Positions 8,491 through 18,674 of a stretch of 48,698 bases of DNA are shown piece after piece. A program made the translations under genes and the position numbers. The stretch comes from a virus. Lineage: Duplodnaviria; Caudoviricetes. The stretch covers positions 1-48,698 of the IMG/VR virus record IMGVR_UViG_3300030331_006290; one strand, written 5' to 3'. Numbering within the stretch: the stretch's first letter is position 1; each line of letters starts with the position of its first letter. The notes beneath the pieces are model-generated. The model was not told the origin of the DNA. It did not search any database and saw nothing but the letters and a program-made list of their open reading frames with translations.

Positions 8491-9339
8491 ATGAAAATCT
8501 TATTTGTATCTGATTACACACTTGCTCAAAGAGAGGGTGGAGCACAAAGAAGTAATCACCTTTTAATCAAAAAAGGTAGAGAACTAGGCCACGAAATCGT
8601 AGAACACAGTTATGAGTCTTCGATAACAGATTTTTTAGTATCTTATGATTTAATTATAAATTCTAATTTAGAGCATATAAATGCTATTAGTCCTGAAAAA
8701 ATAGACTTTTTAAAAAGACTGCCTAATTCTGTTAGGTTAGAACATGACTCATGTTTATATTTAGATAACAGAACAAGAGCGCATCTCTTTACAAAATCTA
8801 AAAAAAACTTTTTCTTAAGTGAATTTCATCTTTCTTTTTTTAAGGAGCTTTATGGCGATTATTTTACAAATACAGAAATAGTTTACGACCCAATCGATAC
8901 AGAACTTTTTTGTAGAACAGATCAAGAAAAAATTTATGATGTAGTATATTGTGGCTATATTCATGAATTGAAAGGTGCTAAAAAAATAATTGATTTTGCT
9001 AAAAAAAACCCAGATAAAGAAATATCAATTTTTGGGTGGTCTCATGTAGATCCTAATCAATTTTTTAAAGATCAAAATAATATAAAATTTGGTGGCCTCA
9101 AAACTCAAGAAGAGGTTGCTGATATTTTAAAGCAAAGCAAAGCTATATTTCATTCACCAATAGTAAATGAACCGTTCTGTAGAATGATAGGTGAAGCATT
9201 ATTATGTGGTGTTGAAGAAGTGATAGGCGAAGTAAATAAAATCGGAGCTTACTTAGAATTTAGTAAAGTTGGTTATGATGAATTTAAAAATAAATGTCAA
9301 AATGCATCTGAAATATTTTGGCAAAAAATAGAACAATGA
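8491..9339 (+). CDS. GT-B glycosyltransferase (GT4-like)
   Basis: MKILFVSD..GGA, GYIHELKG, EPFCRMIGEALLCG. TTGAAG(8452)-16-TATAAT(8474) upstream. Confidence 0.8.
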   Translation: MKILFVSDYTLAQREGGAQRSNHLLIKKGRELGHEIVEHSYESSITDFLVSYDLIINSNLEHINAISPEKIDFLKRLPNSVRLEHDSCLYLDNRTRAHLFTKSKKNFFLSEFHLSFFKELYGDYFTNTEIVYDPIDTELFCRTDQEKIYDVVYCGYIHELKGAKKIIDFAKKNPDKEISIFGWSHVDPNQFFKDQNNIKFGGLKTQEEVADILKQSKAIFHSPIVNEPFCRMIGEALLCGVEEVIGEVNKIGAYLEFSKVGYDEFKNKCQNASEIFWQKIEQ

Positions 9340-10157
9340 ATTTTTTAAACGGAACATATTTTAAACATCAATGTAAAGTTCAACTTACGGATTATAAGGA
9401 TGAACGAACTCCAGTATTCAAACTAAAAGTAAACGAAGATGTAAAAAATAATTTTGTATTTTGCATGCCAGAATTTTTACAGTTATTTGAAAAATCTAGA
9501 GCGATTGGTTCTTCAGAATTCACTTTAGTGACACATAACTCTGATATAAACTTTACTTATGAATATGTTAAAGCTGTTGTTGAATTTTTTCCTAAAATGC
9601 AACATTGGTATACTCAAAATTTATTATGCGAACATCCTAAAGTTTCTCCAATACCAATAGGTATTGCTAATCCTAAATGGTCTCATGGTAATCAGGATAG
9701 ATTCAAAAAAATAATAAATGAAAATAATGAAAAGGATAATTTGTACTATGCTAATTTTAATATTTCAACTAACCCTCAAGAAAGAAATTATTGTTATCAT
9801 TCTTTAGGAATTCAACCTACTACAAATTACCCAAATGCGGTATCAATAAAAGACCATGATGACTTCGTTAATGATACTCAGGAAAAATATTTAAGAGATA
9901 TTTCTAAATCTTACTTTACAGTTTCTCCTGATGGTAATGGTAAAGATTGTCATAAGACATGGGAGGCTTTATATATGAAAAGTATACCTATTGTCACTAA
10001 ATGGTATGGAGCTGAAAGATTTAAAAAATTAGGCATACCAATGATAATCATAAATGATTGGTCTGAATTTAAAGACTTAAAACTAGATAAAAGTTTATAT
10101 GATAATGTTTGGGGCGACTTTAATATTGAGTCGCTTAATTTTGATTTATTTAAATAA
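9336..10157 (+). CDS. Exostosin/GT47-like glycosyltransferase
   Basis: SYFTVSPDGNGKDCHKTWEALYMKSIPIV; start reassigned to ATG 9336 (ATGA overlap). Confidence 0.65.
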   Translation: MNFLNGTYFKHQCKVQLTDYKDERTPVFKLKVNEDVKNNFVFCMPEFLQLFEKSRAIGSSEFTLVTHNSDINFTYEYVKAVVEFFPKMQHWYTQNLLCEHPKVSPIPIGIANPKWSHGNQDRFKKIINENNEKDNLYYANFNISTNPQERNYCYHSLGIQPTTNYPNAVSIKDHDDFVNDTQEKYLRDISKSYFTVSPDGNGKDCHKTWEALYMKSIPIVTKWYGAERFKKLGIPMIIINDWSEFKDLKLDKSLYDNVWGDFNIESLNFDLFK

Positions 10158-10894
10158 TGAGTAAAGTAACTTATATACTAAATACATGGCAGAGACCTCA
10201 TACTCTGAGTGAGCAAACAAAAGCAATTACTGAACAGACTGTCAAATGCGACGAGCTTATGATTTGGCAAAATAAACCGACAGATTCTAAAGATTCTTTT
10301 CTAGTGCAAGATCCAAATGGTACAATAAAAGTATCTCACAATAATTATAATTATGGAGTTTGGGCGAGATTCGCTTTTGCCTTAAATTCAAAATCAGATT
10401 ATATTTGTTTATTAGACGATGATACAATACCAGGAAACAAATGGTCAGAAAACTGCATTAATTGCATAGAGAAAGAAAATGGTTTGTATGGCACGGTGGG
10501 TGTTATTTTTAATGATACAAAATACCAAAATTTTGAAAGGCACGGCTGGCCAAACCCAAACGAAGAAAAAAAACAAGTTGATATTGTAGGACACGCTTGG
10601 TTTTTTCACAGAGATTTATTATCAGCTTTTTGGAGAGAAACTGGCCCTCCAGTGGATAATGTTTGTGGTGAGGATGTTCATTTTTCTTATTCAATACAAA
10701 AATATTTAGGTCTTAATACATATGTTCCACCTCACCCAAAAGATCAGTTGTCCATGTGGGGCAGTCAACCTAAGTCTGCTATGGAATATGGTGTCGATAA
10801 TAATGCCATTTCTGTTAATTCAAATGGAATTGATTTTGGAGTATCTTTAAAACATTATTACGATAAAGGATTTAAGCTGCTTAATGTAAAATGA
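10157..10894 (+). CDS. GT-A (GT2-like) glycosyltransferase
   Basis: DYICLLDDD motif and GEDVHFSY. Confidence 0.75.
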   Translation: MSKVTYILNTWQRPHTLSEQTKAITEQTVKCDELMIWQNKPTDSKDSFLVQDPNGTIKVSHNNYNYGVWARFAFALNSKSDYICLLDDDTIPGNKWSENCINCIEKENGLYGTVGVIFNDTKYQNFERHGWPNPNEEKKQVDIVGHAWFFHRDLLSAFWRETGPPVDNVCGEDVHFSYSIQKYLGLNTYVPPHPKDQLSMWGSQPKSAMEYGVDNNAISVNSNGIDFGVSLKHYYDKGFKLLNVK

Positions 10895-11880
10895 AAACTT
10901 TGTTGTGTTTTGGGACTAGACCAGAATGGTTAAAAATTAAACCTCTTCTAGATGTTCTCGATGACTATGAGCTTCTTTTTACAGGCCAACATTCTGATTT
11001 GCTAAATAATATTAAACCAGATTATAAAATTGAAATACAAAGCTGCGATAACAACAAAAGGTTAGATCAATTAATCAGTGACTGTTTATTACAGTTTCCA
11101 GATGGAAATTTTGATTGTGTTTTAGTTCAGGGAGATACCGCCTCTGCGTTTGCTTGTGCTTTAGCTGCTTTCCACAGAAAGAAAAAAATTTATTATTTAG
11201 AAGCTGGACTTAGAAGTTATGATCTTGAACAGCCGTATCCTGAAGAAGCGTATAGACAAATGATTTCTAGGTTATCTGATGTAAATTTATGTCCAACTAC
11301 TTTATCTAAAGATAACTTAATTAAAGAACTTGTAAAAGGAGACTCTTATGTAGTGGGCAATACTGTTTTAGACAACCTTTTACCCTATAAAGAAAAATGT
11401 GAATACGGCAATAAAGTTTTAGTAACCTTACATAGGAGAGAAAACCATAAAGAGATAGATAAATGGTTTCAAGCAGTTGATGAAATAGCTAAAAAAAATA
11501 ACGACTTAGAATTTATATTACCCCTTCACCCCAATCCAAATGTTAAATGTCATAAACATTTATTAAAATATGTAAATGTTGTGGAACCTCTATCTCATCC
11601 AATGTTACTAGATATTTTAGTTAAATGTAAAATGGTTATTAGTGATAGCGGAGGGCTTCAAGAAGAGGGAAGTTTTTTTAATAAAAAAGTCATTGTTTGC
11701 AGAAAAACCACAGAAAGACCAGAGGGTAAGAAATCTGGTCATTTAATTATGTGCCCTTCGCCACATAAACTTTCTGGAATTTTTACAGAGGTTATTAATA
11801 ATTACAAGGTAAATTGTTCATGCCCTTATGGAAATGGAGATGCATCTAAAAAAATAGCGCCAATAATAAATGAAATTTGA
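10891..11880 (+). CDS. wecB: UDP-N-acetylglucosamine 2-epimerase (non-hydrolysing)
   Basis: GTRPE, TGQH, QGDT, EAGLRS, PEE, HRREN, SDSGGLQEE, TERPE, PYGNGDAS. Confidence 0.95.
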   Translation: MKTLLCFGTRPEWLKIKPLLDVLDDYELLFTGQHSDLLNNIKPDYKIEIQSCDNNKRLDQLISDCLLQFPDGNFDCVLVQGDTASAFACALAAFHRKKKIYYLEAGLRSYDLEQPYPEEAYRQMISRLSDVNLCPTTLSKDNLIKELVKGDSYVVGNTVLDNLLPYKEKCEYGNKVLVTLHRRENHKEIDKWFQAVDEIAKKNNDLEFILPLHPNPNVKCHKHLLKYVNVVEPLSHPMLLDILVKCKMVISDSGGLQEEGSFFNKKVIVCRKTTERPEGKKSGHLIMCPSPHKLSGIFTEVINNYKVNCSCPYGNGDASKKIAPIINEI

Positions 11881-12922
11881 AAAGCATTATCAAAGAGATT
11901 TTGAAGAAATATATAAAAAGACAGAAAGAAACTGTTACAGTTTTGAGGGTAAAACTATTTTAGTTTGCGGCGGGGCAGGGTTTTTAGGGGCACTTTTCGT
12001 AAAATATTTTTTATATTTAAACACTTATAAATTTAAAAACAAATGCAGAATTATTTCTATTGATAATTTTTTAGGTAGAGAGAGGAAGCATCTTTTAGAG
12101 GGTGACAATCTTTTAAATCTTCAACACGATTTGACTGGTAGTTATCTAAGTCTAAAACTTTATAATGAAAAAATAGATTTTATAATTAACTGTAGTGGTT
12201 GCGCTAGCCCTTACTACTATGAAAGATATCCAATTGAAACAATGGATGTATCTACAGAAGGGACAAAAAATCTTTTGCAAACAGCTCTATCAAATAATGC
12301 TAAAATATTAAATTTTTCTTCATCTGAAGTATTAGGAACTCCATCAAAAGAATTTATACCTACAGATGAATCTTATACTCCAACAGCTAAGACATTAGAC
12401 AAAAGATCGTGTTATGATGTCACTAAAATGTATATCGAAACAATATCCTACATATTTAAAGATCAATTTAATGTAGATTGTAAAATAGTAAGACCTTTTA
12501 ATGTTATTGGTTATTTTAGGCAAGATGATAAAAGGGTTATACCTAATTTTATATCAAATTGTTTAAAAGGCGAAAAAATGACAATTTATGCTCCTGGTGA
12601 CCAAACTAGAACTTTTTGCTGGTATGGAGATTTTTTATCAGGTTGTATACAAGTCTTAACTGAAGGTAAAGATATTTTATACCACATAGGTAATCCAAGT
12701 AATGAAATATCTATGATTGATTTAGCTAAAATGGTAGAAAAAACATGTGGCAAGAAAAATATGGTAGAGGTTATAGATCCACCTATTGTATACAAACATG
12801 AGCCAAAACGCCGATGTCCATCTGTGGATAAGATTCAAAAAGAGCTAGGTTATACTCTTGATATAGACTTGCAGGAATCATTAACTAGAATTTATGACTG
12901 GGCAAAACAAAATTACAAATGA
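11870..12922 (+). CDS. NAD-dependent epimerase/dehydratase, UDP-glucuronate decarboxylase (UDP-xylose synthase)-like
   Basis: GGAGFLG, CASPYYY, SSSEV, RSCYDVTK, GDQTRTFC, PKRRCP. Confidence 0.8.
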   Translation: MKFEKHYQRDFEEIYKKTERNCYSFEGKTILVCGGAGFLGALFVKYFLYLNTYKFKNKCRIISIDNFLGRERKHLLEGDNLLNLQHDLTGSYLSLKLYNEKIDFIINCSGCASPYYYERYPIETMDVSTEGTKNLLQTALSNNAKILNFSSSEVLGTPSKEFIPTDESYTPTAKTLDKRSCYDVTKMYIETISYIFKDQFNVDCKIVRPFNVIGYFRQDDKRVIPNFISNCLKGEKMTIYAPGDQTRTFCWYGDFLSGCIQVLTEGKDILYHIGNPSNEISMIDLAKMVEKTCGKKNMVEVIDPPIVYKHEPKRRCPSVDKIQKELGYTLDIDLQESLTRIYDWAKQNYK

Positions 12923-13737
12923 AAACATTTAAAGGAGAGTTTGATAAAATAGCCAACTTGGTTAAATCTGATGAACCTTTTGGGTTTTGTAGATTCTCTG
13001 ACGGTGAAGTTACAGTTTTAAGAAATAAAACTTTAATTTTAGGTGATGGAGTTTTAGTTCAAGGGGATATTTACGAGGGGCAAACAATAAAATTGCCTGA
13101 TTACGCTTTTAAAAAAGACGAGGAACAAAAAAGATTTATCCCCGAAGAGACACCTTATTTAAATACCAAACTCATAGAGTCTTTAAAATATAGAAAAAAA
13201 AATTATTTCAAAGGGATTCCAGCTTACAATGGTCAAGATCAAAGCTCTTCTTGGCAGTTTTGTAAAGATCTATATGGAGAAGGGGATGATGAGCATTTAA
13301 CTTTTAGCAATGTCCTAATAAATGATAATTATAAACATTTTGTGTCTGAGATTGTTCCTGTTCTTAGCGAGAAAAAAATAGTTCTTATCAGCAATAAAAA
13401 TTCAAAATTTGATAAACTACCATTTAAGATAGTAAAACATTTTTCGATTGGCCCTAACTGCATGAAGGATGATTACTATTTAATAGATGCTTGCAAACAC
13501 TGGATAAATGAAAACAATATTAAAAATCATTTATTTTTATTTGCCGCAGCATCATTAAGCAATCTGCTTTGTCATGAACTGTATAAAGATTTTGATAAAA
13601 ACCAGTATATGGACATTGGTTCTGCATTAGGGCCATACTTACAATTAGAGGGGTGGAAAGCAATGAGAACTTATCTAAATGTATATTGGTCGAACCCTTC
13701 AAATCCCGCGCCTCAAGATATAGATTTATGGAATTAG
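12919..13737 (+). CDS. Putative GT-D-fold-like glycosyltransferase
   Basis: RFSDGE near the N-terminus and MDIGSAL near the C-terminus. Confidence 0.5.
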   Translation: MKTFKGEFDKIANLVKSDEPFGFCRFSDGEVTVLRNKTLILGDGVLVQGDIYEGQTIKLPDYAFKKDEEQKRFIPEETPYLNTKLIESLKYRKKNYFKGIPAYNGQDQSSSWQFCKDLYGEGDDEHLTFSNVLINDNYKHFVSEIVPVLSEKKIVLISNKNSKFDKLPFKIVKHFSIGPNCMKDDYYLIDACKHWINENNIKNHLFLFAAASLSNLLCHELYKDFDKNQYMDIGSALGPYLQLEGWKAMRTYLNVYWSNPSNPAPQDIDLWN

Positions 13738-14108
13738 TAAAATGTGACAAAAAACACTGGAGAAGAATTTTAGAAATTAGAAACTTAGTAAGAAAATCTT
13801 TCATAAATTCTTCAATGATAAGCTATGAAACCCATAATAATTTTATGGCTAAACATAATGAAAATTATATAGTAGCAATTAGGCACGGTGAAGTTGTAGG
13901 GTTTGCTGGTGTCGTTAACGATGATGTAAGAATTGCTGTAGACCCTAAATATCAAAAAAGAGGAATAGGTAAAAAATTATTGAATGAAATTACTTCTATT
14001 TATCCTGACTGTGAAGCTAAAATTGACGTAAAAAATAAATCCAGCCTAGCACTGTTTGAGTCTTGTGGTTTCATTAAAAAATATTTTTTATTAAATAAAA
14101 ATGCATAA
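13728..14108 (+). CDS. GNAT N-acetyltransferase (PseH-like N-terminus)
   Basis: ILEIRN..RKSF, IAVDPKYQKRGIG, N.SSLALFESCGF; start reassigned to ATG 13728. Confidence 0.8.
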   Translation: MELVKCDKKHWRRILEIRNLVRKSFINSSMISYETHNNFMAKHNENYIVAIRHGEVVGFAGVVNDDVRIAVDPKYQKRGIGKKLLNEITSIYPDCEAKIDVKNKSSLALFESCGFIKKYFLLNKNA

Positions 14109-14700
14109 TCCTCATAAAGTTGTTGAAATGTTTGAAGAAAACGTTGCTGAGTATACAGGCGCTCCTTATGCTGTATCTTGCGACAATTGTACAAACGCAA
14201 TAAAAATGTCTTGTGAATTTCACAATGTTAAAGAGGTCACAATACCAAAAAGAACATATATTTCGGTTGCTCAATCAATAGTGCAAGCAAGGGGCAAAGT
14301 TAAATTTGAAGATTTAAAATGGAAAGGTATTTATCAATTAAAACCTTATCCAATATATGATGCAGCTAAAAGATTCACCTCTAATATGTATAAAAAGGGC
14401 ACACTTATGTGTTTATCTTTTGGCATAAAAAAACCTTTAAAATTAGGTAAAGGAGGTATGATTTTAACAGATGATAAAAAGGCTTATGAATTTTTAAAAA
14501 AAATGAGATGGTCGGGCAGATCTGAGCATTTAAATTATGATATTGATCAGCCATCATTTATGGGATATAATTGTTACATAACCCCTGAGTGGGCCGCGTG
14601 GGGAATGATGATGTTAAGCGTGTATCCAAAACACGCAGATGATCAAATCGAAGATCCTGACTACAGAGATTTAAACACCTTTAATATTCTTAAAAATTAA
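14101..14700 (+). CDS. Compact DegT/DnrJ/EryC1/StrS-family sugar aminotransferase
   Basis: FEENVAEYTGAPYAVSCDNCTNA, IYDAA, LSFGIKKPL..GKGGMILTDD; only 199 aa. Confidence 0.75.
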   Translation: MHNPHKVVEMFEENVAEYTGAPYAVSCDNCTNAIKMSCEFHNVKEVTIPKRTYISVAQSIVQARGKVKFEDLKWKGIYQLKPYPIYDAAKRFTSNMYKKGTLMCLSFGIKKPLKLGKGGMILTDDKKAYEFLKKMRWSGRSEHLNYDIDQPSFMGYNCYITPEWAAWGMMMLSVYPKHADDQIEDPDYRDLNTFNILKN

Positions 14701-15539
14701 TGATTACTTTTTCACAAATAGGAGAACTTGGTAGATTGGGTAATCAACTGTTTCAGTATGCATTACTAAAGTGTGTTTCACTAAAAACTGGGTATGAAAT
14801 AGCTTTGCCAGATCTAACAGAAAGAAAATGGCATGGCCAAAAGTGTTTATTAAATAATTTTAAGTTACCCTCTTGCAATTTTACTAAAACTAATCATATC
14901 TATAAATTCGAAGAAATTGGATCAAGGCTTTTTGACAAAAGAGTTTTTGAGGTCAAGGATCAGACAGACTTCTTTGGGTTTTTTCAACATCCAAAATATT
15001 ACACAGATATAAAAGATACCTTGAGAAATGAATTTGAGCTATGTGATAATCTTCACGGTAAAGTAAAATCTTATTTAAGCCAATACAAAAAAGAAACAGT
15101 TTCTTTACATATAAGAAGAGGAGATGCCAGCGATGGAACAAATCCTATAGATAGTGTTTGGACAAATGATTTTTCAAGGGGTTCATATATGCATGAATAT
15201 TACAGTAAAGCCTTAAAACATATACCTAAAAATTGCGACATTCTTTTATTTACAGGCGGGTCTAGAAAAAAAGACGCTGACTATATTTCAGATTTAGATT
15301 GGTGCAAAAAACACTTTAAAGACGAAAGAATTACATTTGTAGATGACTTGAATGATATTGAAACATTTGGAGTGATGAGTCAATGTGATTATAATATTAC
15401 ATCGTTCTGCTCTACATATAGCTGGTGGGCATCTTTCCTCAATAAAAATGAAAATATTATCGCACCCAAAACATACTACCCAACCCTTCCAAACCTAAAA
15501 ACCATAGATGTTTACCCTGAAAATTGGAATTTAATTTAA
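14700..15539 (+). CDS. GT11 alpha-1,2-fucosyltransferase-like
   Basis: GRLGNQLFQYA, GFFQ, LHIRRGD, STYSWWAS. Confidence 0.9.
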   Translation: MITFSQIGELGRLGNQLFQYALLKCVSLKTGYEIALPDLTERKWHGQKCLLNNFKLPSCNFTKTNHIYKFEEIGSRLFDKRVFEVKDQTDFFGFFQHPKYYTDIKDTLRNEFELCDNLHGKVKSYLSQYKKETVSLHIRRGDASDGTNPIDSVWTNDFSRGSYMHEYYSKALKHIPKNCDILLFTGGSRKKDADYISDLDWCKKHFKDERITFVDDLNDIETFGVMSQCDYNITSFCSTYSWWASFLNKNENIIAPKTYYPTLPNLKTIDVYPENWNLI

Positions 15540-15540
15540 T

Positions 15541-16257
15541 ATGAAAATATCAGAACACATCCCCAAAGAGATAGTTAAAAATGGCAAACTTCATTTTCCG
15601 TCTTGGTGCAAAAGAGTAAAGATAGATGTAGGTTTATCTCATAATGCCCCAAACTCTCAAGCATGGTTAGAAAAAGATGATGATTTACTTGTTTTAGGTA
15701 TTGAACCAAACGAAGACGCAATTAAAACAATTAAAGGTCTTCAAGAGCCTCCATATAAATCAAAGTGGGTTTTAGATAAAAACTATATTTCTAAAAGGTT
15801 TTTTATGATTCAAGTAGCCTTAAGTGATCAAAACAGGCTGGACACTTTTTATAAAGTTAAAAATAAGGTTAACGAAAGAATGGAGGGGTATGACATGGGC
15901 AGTTCTAGTCTTTATAAGCCAAAACAACTAGAGTATCAACAGTCAGATGTTAGTGTTTTTAGGTTAGATGAATTATTGAATATTTTCGATTGGAAATCTG
16001 TTTCTCGTATAGAACAAGTAAAAATAGATGCTCAAGGAGAGGACTTTAAAATTGTCAAAGGCATTGGGCCTTACCTTGAAAAGATAGGTTACGTTACGCT
16101 AGAAACATCTACTTATGGTCAATACGAAGGAGTAACAGAGGAGCTTGGAGCTATAGATTCCTTGATGTCATCAAACAACTTTGGGAAAATTAGTGGTGGC
16201 GACGACTCCACTTATCAAAATCTTAGGTTTACAGATGCGGATTTCCTTGTTTTATGA
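15541..16257 (+). CDS. FkbM-family methyltransferase
   Basis: IDVG, GIEPN, VALSD, RLDE, KIDAQGED. Confidence 0.8.
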   Translation: MKISEHIPKEIVKNGKLHFPSWCKRVKIDVGLSHNAPNSQAWLEKDDDLLVLGIEPNEDAIKTIKGLQEPPYKSKWVLDKNYISKRFFMIQVALSDQNRLDTFYKVKNKVNERMEGYDMGSSSLYKPKQLEYQQSDVSVFRLDELLNIFDWKSVSRIEQVKIDAQGEDFKIVKGIGPYLEKIGYVTLETSTYGQYEGVTEELGAIDSLMSSNNFGKISGGDDSTYQNLRFTDADFLVL

Positions 16258-17048
16258 GTGATAGTTCTATATATACTACTTTTGATGGAAACCATACAGG
16301 GGGTTTAGGTTCTCTGCTCCAGTTACAGCAACATCTTTATGCTTACGCCAAGCTAAAGAATCTTAAAATGCACTTTCCTGGGTTTAGTGGGTTATCTCAT
16401 TATCAACCTTACGGCATCTCTCAACAGGAGTTTTGTGATAAATTAAATTCATTTTACAATATACCTAATGAATCAAATGTCGATCCACAATTCGTAGATG
16501 AATGTTTTTTAGTTAGAGAGTGGGGGGAGAAGTTTAATTCGGAAAAACGTCCTTATATTAAAGATCTAGCCAACCATATAAAATATAATGGCGTTTCTCA
16601 TTTTAAAAAAGATCAGGTGAATGTGTGTCTTCATGTTCGCGTCGATAACAATCAAGACAACGGATTGGTTATCCCCGATATCGAAATATATTACAAAAAT
16701 GATTTCAAGGATCTATACTTTAGAAATGTTATAAACAATTTGAAAAAAATTAACCCCAATTTGAACATTTTATTATTCAGTCAGGGAGATAAAGAAAACT
16801 TTTCTCACTTCGAAAAAGATTTCGGGGTAAAACTTTTGTTAAATGTGGACATCGTAGAGAGCTTGTATCATTTAATCTTCGCAGATATTTTAGTTACATC
16901 AAATAGCTCTTTCAGCTATTGCAGTCATCTTTTTGATCAAAACAAAGTAGTAATAAGCAGAGATAATTTTTTTCATAGTTGGTATGAAACTACTGCACTT
17001 ACAGACAAGGAAGGTAATTTTATAAGACATGAAAAGATACGTTTTTGA
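16254..17048 (+). CDS. Fucosyltransferase-like protein (GT11/GT23 fold)
   Basis: GGLGS..Q, LHVR, ADILVTSNSSFSY. Confidence 0.6.
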   Translation: MSDSSIYTTFDGNHTGGLGSLLQLQQHLYAYAKLKNLKMHFPGFSGLSHYQPYGISQQEFCDKLNSFYNIPNESNVDPQFVDECFLVREWGEKFNSEKRPYIKDLANHIKYNGVSHFKKDQVNVCLHVRVDNNQDNGLVIPDIEIYYKNDFKDLYFRNVINNLKKINPNLNILLFSQGDKENFSHFEKDFGVKLLLNVDIVESLYHLIFADILVTSNSSFSYCSHLFDQNKVVISRDNFFHSWYETTALTDKEGNFIRHEKIRF

Positions 17049-17349
17049 TTTAGATAATACTTTATGCGACACTCAAAAAAAGCCAGATGGCAACTGGGAT
17101 TATTTGGGAGCCAAACCTTTTAAAGACCGCATAAACATTGTCAATAAACTTTATGAGAAAGGAAACTACATTATTGTAGAAACCGCTAGAGGTTGTGTTT
17201 CTAAAAGAAATTGGTATGAAAAAACATATAATCAATTAGTTGATTTTGGTTTAAAGTTTCATGAACTTAGAACTGGAGTTAAATTTAACTCTGACTATTT
17301 CATAGACGACAAAGCAATAAATTCAGAAGACTTTTTCCAATGGGTGTAA
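17029..17349 (+). CDS. Small capless HAD-superfamily phosphatase (capsule-locus type)
   Basis: FDLDNTLC, TARG, FIDDKAIN. Confidence 0.8.
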   Translation: MKRYVFDLDNTLCDTQKKPDGNWDYLGAKPFKDRINIVNKLYEKGNYIIVETARGCVSKRNWYEKTYNQLVDFGLKFHELRTGVKFNSDYFIDDKAINSEDFFQWV

Positions 17350-18674
17350 TTAATAGAGTCGTTAAAAAACAACCTAAAATAGTAAAAAAATTTTACTATA
17401 ATGTTGTTCCTTTCGCAAAGAGATATGGAAAGGTGTTTAGCGAAACTAGTGAATTTCTAAAAGAATTTGACTCTTGGGATTATGACAGGAGCAGGGAATA
17501 TCAGTTTAGTCAGCTTAAAAAAATATTAAAACATTGTCATAAGAATGTCCCATATTATCGTAAACTTTTTGCAGATTGTGAATTTAATCCAAACATTCAG
17601 TCTTTTGAGGATCTCAAAAAATTACCAGAACTAACTAAAGATTTAATAAATAGCAATTTTGAAGATTTAATATCTACTAATTTTAATGGAAAAAAAATAC
17701 AGTTTAAAACTTCTGGGTCTACGGGAAAAAGGATGAGGTTTTATGGAGAAGACTCCATGTATAAAAAAGAGGCTGCTTATATATTGCATAGCTACAACTC
17801 ACATCAAGGAGAGCTTTACAACAAATGGTCGATTTGGATAAGAAGACACTCTCCCAAAAGTATCAATGATTTAGTAGTTAAAGATTATGAATTAAAAAGA
17901 ATATATATGTCTGCGTTTCACTTAAATGATAAGACTATAAAAATGTATGCAGACCTGATAAATAAAAGTAAATCTACAACTATTTCCACCTATCCCTCTA
18001 CAGCATATTGGTTGTCTTGCTTGTTGCAAAAAAATAATATAAATCTTCCAAACATTAAAGCAATTCATGGAGCATCTGAAAAATGCCTAGATTCTTGGGG
18101 ACAAAAAATTAAAGATGTTTTTGATTTTAATTTAAAAATGCACTACGGCTTAGTCGAGAAAGTAGCATTTATGTATCAATCACAAGAAAGCCAGCTTTAT
18201 CACAACGACTTAAGTTACTCTTTCACAGAGTTTGATAGAAACAAAACTATTATTGGTACATCTTTTATGAATTATGTTATGCCTTTTATTAGATATAAAA
18301 CAAACGATGTAGTAACACTCAACGACCAAGTAAAATATGATATATCTAGACCTTTAGAGGTTAAAAAGATAGACGGAAGAGTTGATGACATGATTGTTAC
18401 AGAAACTGACTCAAAAATACCATCTGTAAATTTTTATACAGTAATGTCTAAAAGAGAAGAGGTAAAAATGTTTCAGCTTTTACAACACAAAGACAAATCT
18501 ATCGACTTTAAACTTGTTGTTAATCAAGATTTTACAGAAAACGTCTTAAATGAGTTGAGCCTTGAAATAAACAAAAGAGTGGGTAATTTACCACTTCGCT
18601 TTCATATAGTTGACGAAATACCTAGAGATCCCAAAACAGGCAAGATAAGATGCGTCATAACTAAGGTAGAATGA
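17340..18674 (+). CDS. CapK / phenylacetate-CoA ligase-family adenylate-forming enzyme
   Basis: NVPYYRKLF, TSGSTG, YGLVE, PFIRYKTND, GRVDD, TGKIR. Confidence 0.85.
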   Translation: MGVINRVVKKQPKIVKKFYYNVVPFAKRYGKVFSETSEFLKEFDSWDYDRSREYQFSQLKKILKHCHKNVPYYRKLFADCEFNPNIQSFEDLKKLPELTKDLINSNFEDLISTNFNGKKIQFKTSGSTGKRMRFYGEDSMYKKEAAYILHSYNSHQGELYNKWSIWIRRHSPKSINDLVVKDYELKRIYMSAFHLNDKTIKMYADLINKSKSTTISTYPSTAYWLSCLLQKNNINLPNIKAIHGASEKCLDSWGQKIKDVFDFNLKMHYGLVEKVAFMYQSQESQLYHNDLSYSFTEFDRNKTIIGTSFMNYVMPFIRYKTNDVVTLNDQVKYDISRPLEVKKIDGRVDDMIVTETDSKIPSVNFYTVMSKREEVKMFQLLQHKDKSIDFKLVVNQDFTENVLNELSLEINKRVGNLPLRFHIVDEIPRDPKTGKIRCVITKVE

